A stretch of DNA of 64,000 nt from the human T2T-CHM13v2.0 reference genome, Homo sapiens, in NCBI RefSeq assembly GCF_009914755.1, contig NC_060930.1; one strand, 5' to 3'. The position numbers and the translations under genes were made by a program. Shown piece after piece: positions 48,764 through 64,000 of the stretch. Positions within the stretch are counted from its first letter, which is position 1, and each line of letters begins with the position of its first letter. Under the pieces are notes generated by a model. It searched no databases, was not told the DNA's origin, and saw only the letters and a list, made by a program, of their open reading frames with translations.

Positions 48764-49640
48764 CTAGCGGCTTCTCTAAGCAAGGCTTAGCTCAGCACAA
48801 CTTTCCCTTCCAGCCCCCGCCTCCCACTGTGGCCATTGGCAGGGGCTGTTGGGATCACCACAGAGGGCACATGGGGAAGGTGGTGCAAGTGCTGGCCTTC
48901 TTGTTTCTCCTAGACTTTTGCTAAGGCCTGTGTGGGGAATACCCCTGTTGGTTGCCAAGCTAAGCATTTTCATAGGCTGAGTCACATAGACAGAGCTTTA
49001 CTTTGTGAATACAAAACAGGGAAATAAAGGAACAAAACACCAATCCTGAAGGGCAATGACATGATCATTGCTAAGTGCCATTGAATGAACTCAGGATAAC
49101 TCTCAACCTCACTCTTCTGTGGTTCTGTTTTGCATATGTATAATGTGAACTTCTAATGAGTTGGTTAATATTATTCCCTCCTCCCTGTTTTCTTTAAACC
49201 CTGCTTTGAAGCATAATGGTGTAAACCAGTAAGAAGTTTGGAAAGCCTGTGCTTGTCATTGGAGTTTAATTAAAATACACTAAGCCTTGCAGAAACTTGT
49301 GGTTTCGAGTAATGGAAAATTGGGAATTCAGAAGTATAGACTGATCCTAGGCAGAAGGGCCAAATTTTCTCTAAAGCATTGGACTTCTTGCCTTCCATTT
49401 CTGTGTAGACAATGTAGTTGACTCATTCTTAAACATACAAATGATCACTTTTCCAATAAAGGATTGATCAATGTTATAATGGCAAGAATTTGACATTTAC
49501 CTCCACAGAAGCATTATCCAAATGTTCACACTATTTCATATTTCTTTGTATTGAATTCATTTATAAACATATTTATCCTAGACCGATTATGCGCAAAGCA
49601 AGTGCAGGTGCTAGGGATACAGTTATGGCAAAACTAGACC

Positions 49641-49866
49641 AACTGCAACCTCCGCCTCCTGGGTTCAAGTGATTCCCCTGCCTCAGCCTCCCAAGTAGCT
49701 GGGACTACAGGCACATGCCACCACACCCAGATAATTTTTTGTATTTTTAGTAGAGAGAGAGTTTCACTGTGTTAGCCAGTATGGTCTCGATCTCCTGACC
49801 TCGTGATCCGCCCGCCTCAGCCTCCCAAAGTGCTGGGATTACAGGCGTGAGCCACCACCCCCAGCC
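49641..49866 (-). mobile_element. Alu (Y/Sc-like) lacking its 3' end and tail
   Basis: Starts at ACTGCAACCTCCGCC; GTGTTAGCCAG..ATGGTCTCGATCTCC. Confidence 0.88.
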
Positions 49867-49867
49867 C

Positions 49868-50166
<299 letters not shown>

Positions 50167-50472
50167 TCTAGTGTCATGTTAAGAGTATGGCATTTAGCTT
50201 GGTCTTGAGAAGTGAACTTGACTTTAACAAAGCATGAAATGGTTAAGAAAAATAAATGATTTGAATACAGCACTTGTCACCTGCATGCCATTATTTATAA
50301 TCATGTATATGTTATTCTAATAGCGACGATGCAGAAGGATTCTTCAAAGCATGATACACACATGATACTGACACGTGTCAGACTTCATTTCAGCAGCTCC
50401 GCCTGTCCGTCAGTGGTGCTCTCCATCCTGTTCCTGGGAGGTGGGTCTGAGTGGAGGAGAGACGCTTTGAGA

Positions 50473-50786
50473 CCCTGTTTCTCAATGTTCAGTTTCGCAT
50501 CCAAATCACCTGGATGTGTTTGTCAAAATTCAGATTCTTTACCCTTGCTTCAGATCCACAGAATTAGAATCTCAGGAGGTGGGGCCAGAAATATGCATTT
50601 TCTGTTTGTTTGAGACAAAGTCTCGCTCTGTCACCCAGACTAGAGTGCAGTGGCGCAATCTAGGCTCACTGCAACCTCTGCCTCCTGGGTTTAAGCGATT
50701 TTTATGCCTCAGCATCCTGAGTAGCTGGGATTACACACGCCCGCCACCACACCCAGCCAGAATTATGCATTTTTAACAAGCATTCT
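50473..50786. mobile_element. MER5A-like, interrupted and truncated by Alus
   Basis: GCATCCAAATCACCTGG...GAATTAGAATCTC...GGGGCCAGAAATATGCATTTT|Alu|TAACAAGC. Confidence 0.7.
50598..50757 (-). mobile_element. Alu right arm only (5'-truncated)
   Basis: TSD CCAGAA(A/T)TATGCATTTT. Confidence 0.88.
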
Positions 50787-51161
<375 letters not shown>

Positions 51162-51559
51162 CTAAAGTTCTCGCCATATAAAACAAGCGCAGAGTCTGAT
51201 GAGCTCTTCTTTGGGGAAAAAATGTCTGCATCATTTTTATGGAGATTCATCTTCAACTCTTAACTAAAAATCCTCTCAAATCATGTGACATGAACAATTG
51301 TTTGGCAAAGCAACCTTATGTTAGAGCTCTTTCCTGAATACAAATTTGATCCCAAAGATAAATCCAAATGCTAAAATCCAAGATATAGGTAGAAGCTGAC
51401 ACATCCAGGTAATCCCTTTAAAATATTTAAGCCATATCAATGGGACAAGAAGAAGTTTTGAAAATACAATAACCCTTTCATTAATTTTGTTATTAAAAAC
51501 CCTCCAGTATGATTAGGGGAAAAATTAGTTTGAAATGTTCTTTTTAAAAATTTTATTTT

Positions 51560-53405
51560 ATTTTTTTATTTTTTTATTATTTATTTTTATTGATCATTCT
51601 TGGGTGTTTCTCACAGAGGGGGATTTGGCAGGGTCATAGGACAATAGTGGAGGGAAGGTCAGCAGATAAACAAGTGAACAAAGGTCTCTGGTTTTCCTAG
51701 GCAGAGGACCCTGCGGCCTTCCACAGTGTTTGTGTCCCTGGGTACTTGAGATTAGGGAGTGGTGATGACTCTTAGCAAGCATGCTGCCTTCAAGCATCTG
51801 TTTAACAAAGCACATCTTGCACCGCCCTTAATCCATTTAACCCTGAGTGGACACAGCACATGTTTCAGAGAGCACCGGGTTGGGGGTAAGGTCATAGATC
51901 AACAGGATCCCAAGGCAGAAGAATTTTTCTTAGTACAGAACAAAATGAAAAGTCTCCCATGTCTACTTCTTTCTACACAGACACAGCAGCCATCCGCTTT
52001 CTCAATCTTTTCCCCACCTTTCCCCCTTTTCTATTCCACAAAACCGCCATTGTCATCATGGCCCGTTCTCAATGAGCTGTTGGGTACACCTCCCAGACGG
52101 GGTGGTGGCCGGGCAGAGGGGCTCCTCACTTCCCAGTAGGGGCGGCCGGGCAGAGGCACCCCTCACCTCCCAGACGGGGCGGCTGGCCGGGCGGGGGGCT
52201 GGCCCCCTCCACCTCCCTCCCGGACGGGGCGGCTGGCCTGGCGGGGAGCTGGACCCCCCACCTCCCTCCCGGACGGGGCGGCTGGCCTGGTGGGGGCTGA
52301 CCCCCACCTCCCTCCCGGACGGGGCGGCTGCCGGGCGGAGGGGCTCCTCACTTCTCAGACGGGGCGGCTGCCAGGTGGAGGGGCTCCTCACTTCTCAGAC
52401 GGGGCGGCTGCCGGGTGGAGGGGCTCCTCACTTCTCAGACGGGGCGGCTGCCGGGCAGAGGGGCTCCTCACTTCTCAGACGGGGCGGCTGCCGGGCGGAG
52501 GGTCTCCTCACTTCTCAGACGGGGTGGCCGGGCAGAGACGCTCCTCACCTCCCCAACGGGGTTGCGGCCGGGCAGAGGCGCTCCTCACATCGCAGACGGG
52601 GCGACGGGGCAGAGGCGCTTCCCACATCTCAGACGATGGGCGGCCAGGCAGAGACGCTCCTCACTTCCTAGATGGGATGGTGGCCGGGAAGAGGCGCTCC
52701 TCACTTTCCAGACTGGGCAGCCAGGCATAGGGTTTCCTCACATCCCAGACGATGGGCAGCCGGGCAGAGACGCTCCTCACTTCCTAGATGTGATGGTGGC
52801 CGGGAAGAGGCGCTCCTCACTTCCTAGATGGGATGGCGGCCGGGCAGAGACGCTCCTCACTTTCCAGACTGGGCAGCCAGGCAGAGGGGCTCCTGAAGTC
52901 CCAGACGATGGGCGGCCAGGCAGAGACACTCCTCACTTCCCAGACGGGGTGGCGGCCAGGCAGAGGCTGCACTCTTGGCACTTTGGGAGGCCAAGGCAGG
53001 CGGCTGGGAGGTGGAGGTTGTAGCGAGCCAAGATCACGCCACTGCACTCCAGCCTGGGCACCATTGAGCACTGAGTGAACCAGACTCCGTCTGCAATCCC
53101 GGCACCTCGGGAGGCCGAGGCTGGCGGATCACTCGCGGTTAGGAGCTGGAGACCAGCTCGGCCAACACAGCGGAACCCCGTCTCCACCAAAAAAATACGA
53201 AAACCAGTCAGGCGTGGCGGCGCGCTCCTGCAATCGCAGGCACTGGGCAGGCTGAGGCAGGAGAATCAGGCAGGGAGGTTGCAGTGAGCTGAGATGGCAG
53301 CAGTATAGTCCAGCTTCGGCTCGGCATGAGAGGGAGACCGTGGAAAGAGAGGGAGAGGGAGACCGTGGGGAGAGAGAGGGAGAGGGGGAGGGGGAGGGGG
53401 AGGGC
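51560..53405 (-). mobile_element. Full-length SVA retrotransposon (SVA_C/D-like)
   Basis: On the minus strand: CCCTCT-type hexamers (~53345-53405), Alu-like domain, GC-rich VNTR (~52090-52960), SINE-R ending ACACCCAAGAATGATCAATAAA, then A tail; TSD AAAAATTTTATTTT at 51546-51559 and 53406-53419. Confidence 0.97.
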
Positions 53406-53415
53406 AAAAATTTTA

Positions 53416-53865
<450 letters not shown>

Positions 53866-54130
53866 TGAAATATTCTTTGGGTAAAATTTGCCTTTCAAAA
53901 ATTTAGGTTTGAGATTTAGCAATCAGATACGGCTTTGTTTTGGCTTTTATGTTTTTAAAATGTTTTCTACGTCATCCTTTCAGGAGGAGGAGCCTAGAAA
54001 ACACTGTGAATGAACTATTTCAGATAAAATGTAGACTTTAGTAGAGGGAAAACCACATGAGGTCAGGGTGTTTGCACATTTCCACATTCTCAACACTCAG
54101 CCCTTTCCCAAAATATACTGCACACTCCTA

Positions 54131-54534
<404 letters not shown>

Positions 54535-54784
54535 TTATTCAACAGAAGGAAGAAGATAAGAAAAAAATAATTAAAACTAGAGTTTAAAGATATAATTTAC
54601 CTAAGACATGTTTCTGTTTTACTACTCATTTCTTCTTTCCTTCTGCATCTAAACTGGTGGACAATGTTTGTGTAATATTTGGGAGGGTGGCACAGACAAG
54701 AAAGAATAAAAGTACTGGCCAGCATTGCGGGTACCTGCTTAACATGTCTATGTCAACAAAGTTAGGTGGTACGAGTTGCATGAT

Positions 54785-55145
<361 letters not shown>

Positions 55146-55273
55146 TGAGGGAAGCAGAAATTAGAACAGTCCAATGACCTGAGGAAGGTCCTTGGCACAG
55201 CCAGCTGAACATTGAACAGGTATATCATATCATTGTTTATTGCCTTTTAGGGGCAGAGACTATGTGTTTCTAA

Positions 55274-55738
<465 letters not shown>

Positions 55739-56589
55739 TAGAGTACCACCCAAAGAATTTGGAGGGCAAGATTAACAGTGAGCTAAACTACACGTGTGAC
55801 GCTAGTAGAAGGAGGGAATGTCTCCTGTCCAAAGGGGCAGCTTGAAACATTTTTCACAGACAGTTGGCAGAAATGTGAACTAATAATTACTTCATAAGAC
55901 AAACTGTTGTGTCTGTGAGGAGGAAATACCAGTGCTAGAACGCGCTGCAGCGTGCAGCCTCTCTGGCTGTGGAGAGACTGTACAAGCAACACAAGAGCCT
56001 CCTTATGGTATGTCTTGGCTTTCTTTATTGCACTTATTTCCTGGTTCTGATCTCAGGCCTTTCAGAAAATTTCCTGTGAAATGGAAATCCTGACTGCTTT
56101 TTTTTCTGGTGCATTCTTCACATGGTAAATGGCTAATTTCATGTAATTAAGAAAGCTTTTCACAAAGCGACTAACTAGACGGCTGAGAAAGTATAAAAAC
56201 CTATGTGTGGGAGATATAGTGGTGTTTAGGGCACAGTTGCATTTAATTTTTATAAATGGTTCCAATTTCCACAGAGAAATTCGGGAAGTCCAGGACACAG
56301 CATGATACAGTGCAATTTTTTTAATAGGCCATTTTAAGGACTTTATTGATTTTTAATATGCAGTGCAATTTTTGAAAGCCCATACAGGCCAGTTTATTTT
56401 AAAATTGAAAAATCACCTCCTTCAAAACCCTCGTGAATTCTCAGTTTTATATATATAGTAAATTACATATAAAGCCTACTTATAATTTTGGAAAATTTGA
56501 AAAAGTTGATACTTAAACATTAATGATGTTAACATTTTTTAAAGATGTGCTTGTTATAGGCCTGGGGAATCTAGTAAATGCCTTACGTG

Positions 56590-57262
<673 letters not shown>

Positions 57263-57821
57263 CAATACCTCTTTGCAACAACCCCATGAGGTACCTACTA
57301 TCCCCTTTACACATGAGGAAGCTGTGGCCACCAGAATGCTAATAGTTGTCCAAAGTCAAACAGCTAGAGAGTAATGGAAGCAGGATTCCCACCCTTTCAT
57401 AGTGATTCCAGAGCTCATAATCTCACTGAGCTTGTGCTGTGTGGCCTCACTATAAATTATAAAAACAGCCACCTTAATTAATGATGGACTATGCACCTGA
57501 GGACAGGTTTCACATAATAGGGTCCATGTATTTATTTTGATTAGCACTTATATGGAACCTTATCCAAACACTCTGGAGTTTCCTTAGCAGGACATGTGCA
57601 GAGAAGCTAAAGGAAGGCTGTTTGCTTGTCCTGTTATTCCCTGGAATTCTCTGCTCCTCATGTTGTTCCCTAGCATCTAATTTCCTTGTGACTGCCTTCC
57701 CACAATCATTGAATCAACAGCCATATTTATCCCTTTCATTTAAATAACGCCTGTACATTTTTGGAGTAATCAGAAAACAAAGCTGCATGAAGTAAGAGAA
57801 CATAAAGAAGGTATTATTGTT

Positions 57822-58111
<290 letters not shown>

Positions 58112-59181
58112 AAATAAGGTATTATGATGGAAATTGCATTGCAGAGTTAAGCTTTCAAATTCAACATAATTTTCTGTTTTCCTTTTGATGGAGACCCTGA
58201 TGCAAGGTGATATTTAACAAAGTATCCGTAAGTCCTTCCTAATGGCTGTAGCTGTCTGAGAGCCACCCGGCTGACGGAAAAGGGACTAGATGACTCCAAA
58301 CCCCTAGGCTGGGCTTGTTTGCTTTCCTCTTGGATGATAGGATGCTAAGTATCAGGTTTAGCCACTCCTCAGCCTGGTCTCCGAAATGTCTGGGGTGGGA
58401 TGTGCCTCATAGGGATCATGCTTTAGACTGGAACTTTCTCTAAGGCAGGAACTGTGTCTTTGTATATTCAGGGACATGCACTATGCCCAGCACAGAGTAC
58501 ACACTTAGGAGTCGATGCATGAAGGAATTAAGGAATGTGTGCTGTCGAAGCACGTGGCAGATACCATGATTCTCAATCTCACACTATTTTCCTGAAAATG
58601 TTGCAGTAGAAGAATGTTTCAGCTCATAGGTTTGGAACTCATGAGCCAAACTTTGAAACAGAGCCTCAATAAAAGAATATGAAACTTAGGAGGTTTCCAA
58701 GAAAGATTTCTCTGCACAAATAAATTGAAAACATTGCTTGAACAGTAGTCTTTCTTATGTTCCCCCAAGTACCAAATTCCTGGTACTTTAAGTGGACTCT
58801 AGTCTGTAGAATTTCCAACCCCAAGAGCCACGCGGAGGTGTGAGCCAAACTAAGTAAACCATAGTAGCTGCACATAAATATGTCTGAGATAAATATCAAA
58901 ATATACTGGGACAATGTGTAGCAACTTCAACAAATGGTGTATGACAGTTGGTAATAACGTTGAAGCCATTTTTTTTGTTTAAGAAGAAAATTACGGTTTT
59001 ACTGTGAGTAATAACATACCTCATAATCATTTGTCAAAGTGGTCCCTGTCATTTTGCTTTTCCTTCAAACATGGCAAGTGGGTAAGTGGTGTGATGGATC
59101 TTTGCATGATGGGTATTGTCTATGCTGCAATGAAAATTTATTTGTGGGTTTGTTTTTTTTTTGGCAATGAAAATTTATAAA

Positions 59182-59305
59182 GGCAGGGTGCAGTGGCACA
59201 CACTTACAGTCCCAGCTACTCAGGAGGTTGAGGCAGGTGGATCGCTTGAGCGAGGAGTTTGAGACCAGCCTGGGCACCACAGCAAAACCTCATCTCTAAA
59301 ATGAA
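59182..59305 (+). mobile_element. FLAM_A-like monomer
   Basis: GTCCCAGCTACTCAGGAGG followed directly by GAGTTTGAGACCAGCCTGGGC. Confidence 0.75.
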
Positions 59306-59317
59306 AGAAACCATCAT

Positions 59318-59617
<300 letters not shown>

Positions 59618-60049
59618 AAACCCATCATGGTCCATGAGGCATTTAATGATCACGCCATGAGGGCAGCATCAGGAGGGGACTTCCTAGGGCCAGCTCCAAC
59701 TTTTGGACTATGTTCCATTGACATCTACATCCAAGATCTTTCCTCTTGAAGGAGGAATTCTGAAAGTGTTTGCTCTCAGCCCAGCTCTAACGTGTCATTA
59801 TAGAGGAGGTCTCCAATTTGAAATTTCTGAGTGACTTTCATAACATTGTAATGTAGAGATGAACTTTTTACCTGATTACTATTGGCAGAATCTCCTGCTG
59901 CCAGTGGGGATCACGCCACTCTGCCTGTTCTCTTCCACGGAGCTTAGCACAGACTCTTTGGTAAAATAATCATTTGCATACACAACTCATCATCTAAGAC
60001 CGTGTTTGATATTTGCTCATTCTTTATGTGTGTGTTTCCTGGAGCCCTC

Positions 60050-60275
60050 ACTTTAGAGGTCAGAAGACTTGGACCTGAATCCTGGCTTTACTACTTCTGG
60101 TAGCCATGAAAACTTTGACAAGTTATTTTATCTCCCTTAGCATTAGTTGCAAAATAAGAATAACAGTTTCTACCTCCTTGGGTTGATTTGAGGATCAAGT
60201 GAGATAGCGTGTGTCAAATCCTGAGCATGAGGCCTGGCCCACCGTGACAGCGGATAAATAAAGTCTAACATTATC
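60050..60275. mobile_element. MIR
   Basis: CAGAAGACTTGGACCTGAATCCTGGCTT...GGGTTGATTTGAGGATCAAGTGAGATA. Confidence 0.7.
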
Positions 60276-60615
60276 AGGAATGATGCTCTTGAGTGGGACA
60301 GAGATTTGATCCTACGTTTTTCCTCGTAGGGAGAAATTCTGCAATGCTGCCTTGTCGCTGTTCCATGTTGTGGAGCCAGTGTGACTTGCTGATAGCTTTG
60401 TGTAAAGAACCATTGAGTAATTTGAGCATGACAAATTCTTACATTAAAAAGATTAAACCATAATTTCAGGCTGCTCCTTTCATTCCTTCCCCACCCTCAG
60501 CCCCTCAGGAAGCCAGGAAGGAAAAATGTGTCACCCATCCAACAGCAAATATTTATGAGCTATTACTTTGCTCAAGATTACTATGCCAAGGATGCAGCAT
60601 TTAAAGAGAAGTGTT

Positions 60616-60955
<340 letters not shown>

Positions 60956-61218
60956 TTAAAAAAAAAAGCCAAGCATGATCCCTGCCTATAAGGACTCTGC
61001 CTGGTTGTTAAGATGGGTCGTGGTGAATAAAAGGGAGCTGACAGCACCAGGAGGTTTCTAAGTGGCAACTGAGTGGTACAGAGGAAAATGGTATTAAGAG
61101 AAGGGAGAGATCAAGGTGGCTGGAGGGGTCAGGGTCTGGGAGTGATGACCCTTGGCCTTGAGCACGACCCTGAAGACAAATTGGCCCGCTTTGTGTTTTG
61201 TGTGGACACTGAATTCTA

Positions 61219-61219
<1 letters not shown>

Positions 61220-61252
<33 letters not shown>
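61220..61252. repeat. (TG)~16 microsatellite
   Basis: Direct reading. Confidence 0.95.
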
Positions 61253-61253
<1 letters not shown>

Positions 61254-61536
61254 GAGTAATTCCTTTGTTGATTGACTACAGTAGGAATTATAGAAGATTC
61301 ATATCTAAGTAAAAGGAGAAACACCTGGAGGGAGGTTAACTCAGGAAGGTGCGGTGATTTACAAATTGTATCTCAGAGACCTTCAATCTAAAGGTGATCC
61401 GGAGGCAACTATTATCTGATCTCATTATTAGACCTAAAAAGCAATTTCCTTCTTCTGATTTTTATATCCTGTTTTATACAAAGAACAGGTGCAGTAAAAT
61501 CATAGTTGTAGCTTTCCGTGTCAAGAGTCTGTGTTA

Positions 61537-61796
61537 AGCTGAGCATAGTGGCTCACACCTGTAATCCCAGCACTTTGAGAGGCCGAGGTGGGAGGATCAC
61601 TTGAGCCCAGGAGTTCAAGACCAGCCTGGTCAACACAGTAAGACCCTGTCTCTGCAAAAATAAAAACATACAAAAATTAGCCAGGCATGTTGGTGTGTGC
61701 CTGTAGTCCCAGCTACTTAGGAGGCAGGAGGATTGCTTGAGCCCAGGAGGTTGAGACTCCAGTGAGCCATGATAGCATCATTGTCTCAAAAAAAAG
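61537..61796 (+). mobile_element. AluJ with small deletions
   Basis: J diagnostics. Confidence 0.88.
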
Positions 61797-61935
61797 ATCT
61801 GTATGATAGGTGTTTGTTTTAATATTTTTATTACACTTACAAATACAGAAAAGTGCCCTGGTCAGATACAGCTCTGTGGATTGACACAGACGGATACACC
61901 TACATGACCACTTTCCAGTTCAAGAAAAAGAGCAT

Positions 61936-62318
<383 letters not shown>

Positions 62319-62627
62319 CTACTAAAATTGAACAAATGCACTCTCCATCACCCAGCAATTCTACTCCAGTTACATGCCCAGCAGAAGCAGAGGTAAATGC
62401 ACACTGAGAATGTAGAAGGATGTTGGACAACATCATTATTTGCAATAGCCCAAACAAGGAACAACCCAAATGGCCCTCGACAGTAGAATAAATGTATAAA
62501 CTGTGGTATATTCACATCGCGGATCAGTATACAGCATAGAAAATGGACAAACTCCTGTATGAATCTTACAAACATAATGGTGAGACAATGAAGCTAGAGA
62601 TAAAATAGGACGTACTAGGTGCGTCCT

Positions 62628-62762
62628 AATTTTTGTATTTTTAGTAGAGACGGGGTTTCACCATGTTGACCAGGCCGGTTTCGAACTCCTGACCTCAAGT
62701 GATCTGCCCACCTCGGCCTCCCAAAGTGTTTGGATTACAGGCATGAGCCACTGTGCCTGGCC
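62628..62762 (-). mobile_element. AluS left arm only
   Basis: ATTTTTGTATTTTTAGTAGAGACGGGG...GCCTGGCC. Confidence 0.9.
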
Positions 62763-62839
62763 CCTTGCCAACACTTTATGTTGTCCTTTTTTAGTTTTAG
62801 CCATTTGGAGGGCATGCTGTGGGGTCTCTTTGTGGCCTT

Positions 62840-62982
62840 AGTTTTTTAATTTTTAAATATTTGTTGTAGAGACAGGGTCCCACGATATTGCTCAGCCTGA
62901 CTTAAACTCCTAGCTCCAAGCAATCCTCTCACCTTGGCTCCCAAACTGCTGGGATTACTGGTGTGAGCCACCGCGTCTGGCC
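62840..62982 (-). mobile_element. FLAM / left monomer
   Basis: TSD TGTGG(C/T)CTTAGTTTT. Confidence 0.85.
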
Positions 62983-63306
62983 TGTGGTCTTAGTTTTGAT
63001 TTCCTTGGTGGCTATTGTGGTTGAGCATCTTTTCACATGTTTAGTGGCATCTTCTTTTCAATAGTAACTGTTCCAATCTTTAAAAATTGCAATGATGGAT
63101 TTTTAAATTAATTGATTTGTCTCAGTTCTATACGTATTCTAGATGCCAGACCTTTACTGGGTATAATTATTGAGATACCTTCTCTCTGGCTGTCTTGGCA
63201 GCTTAGTGGTTGGGAAAAGCCTCTAGAGGAAACAAGCTGAGCATTGGGGTCCCCTCGCCAGACTTCCCTTTTCCCAGGGATTTTAGTCCAAGATCACAGT
63301 GTCTGA

Positions 63307-63744
<438 letters not shown>

Positions 63745-64000
63745 TAATTCATGAAGCATAATTTCATGGATGGTACATTTCAAAGGAAAGTCATAGAATG
63801 GAGAAGTATGTGTGATATCCTAAGGGTATGCTGGGCACAAACAGAGGTAAACTCTTTTTCTGGGCTGGACTGAAGGGTGGGAGCTGGAATAGGAGAAGAC
63901 AAGAAGAGTTTAGACAATCGCTATGTGGGGTTCTGTCCTGTGACCTTGGGCCTTGTCCAAGGGGATGGAGATAATATAACTAGAGAAAAGTTTGAAGATC

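Noticed and set aside
51594-53407. Cluster of 100-200 aa G/R/P-rich ORFs and a CpG-island-like block
   Set aside because: Entirely explained by the SVA VNTR, SINE-R and Alu-like domains

Overview
Primate (very probably human or other hominid) genomic DNA, judged from about 69 Alu elements or monomers (roughly 30% of the window) and a full-length SVA. I see no recognisable protein-coding exon, RNA gene, CpG island or processed pseudogene, and I cannot name the locus. It reads as Alu-rich intergenic or large-intron sequence. Almost all long ORFs in the track are translations of Alu, SVA, L1 or a VNTR. Main contents: a minus-strand SVA (51560-53405, 14-bp TSD); an old minus-strand L1 (L1MA class, 31825-36656) with 5'UTR and ORF1 but essentially no ORF2; a 51-bp x ~6.25 minisatellite (37404-37722) that is stop-free in 4 of 6 frames; a MADE1 MITE; and MIR/L2/MER5 relics. 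The most interesting signals are rearrangement scars readable from TSDs: (i) a ~0.4-kb inversion plus deletion between two inverted Alus, with swapped TSDs and a fold-back hairpin at the junction (61936-62778); (ii) an apparently twin-primed, 5'-inverted Alu (5228-5443); (iii) a zero-spacer inverted Alu fusion (25860-26385); (iv) a possible ORF1-only, prematurely polyadenylated L1. There are also candidate lncRNA exons and enhancer-like motif clusters. I found no convincing new biological system. Subfamily calls were made by eye from diagnostic positions, and repeat boundaries are approximate (about +/-10-20 bp).
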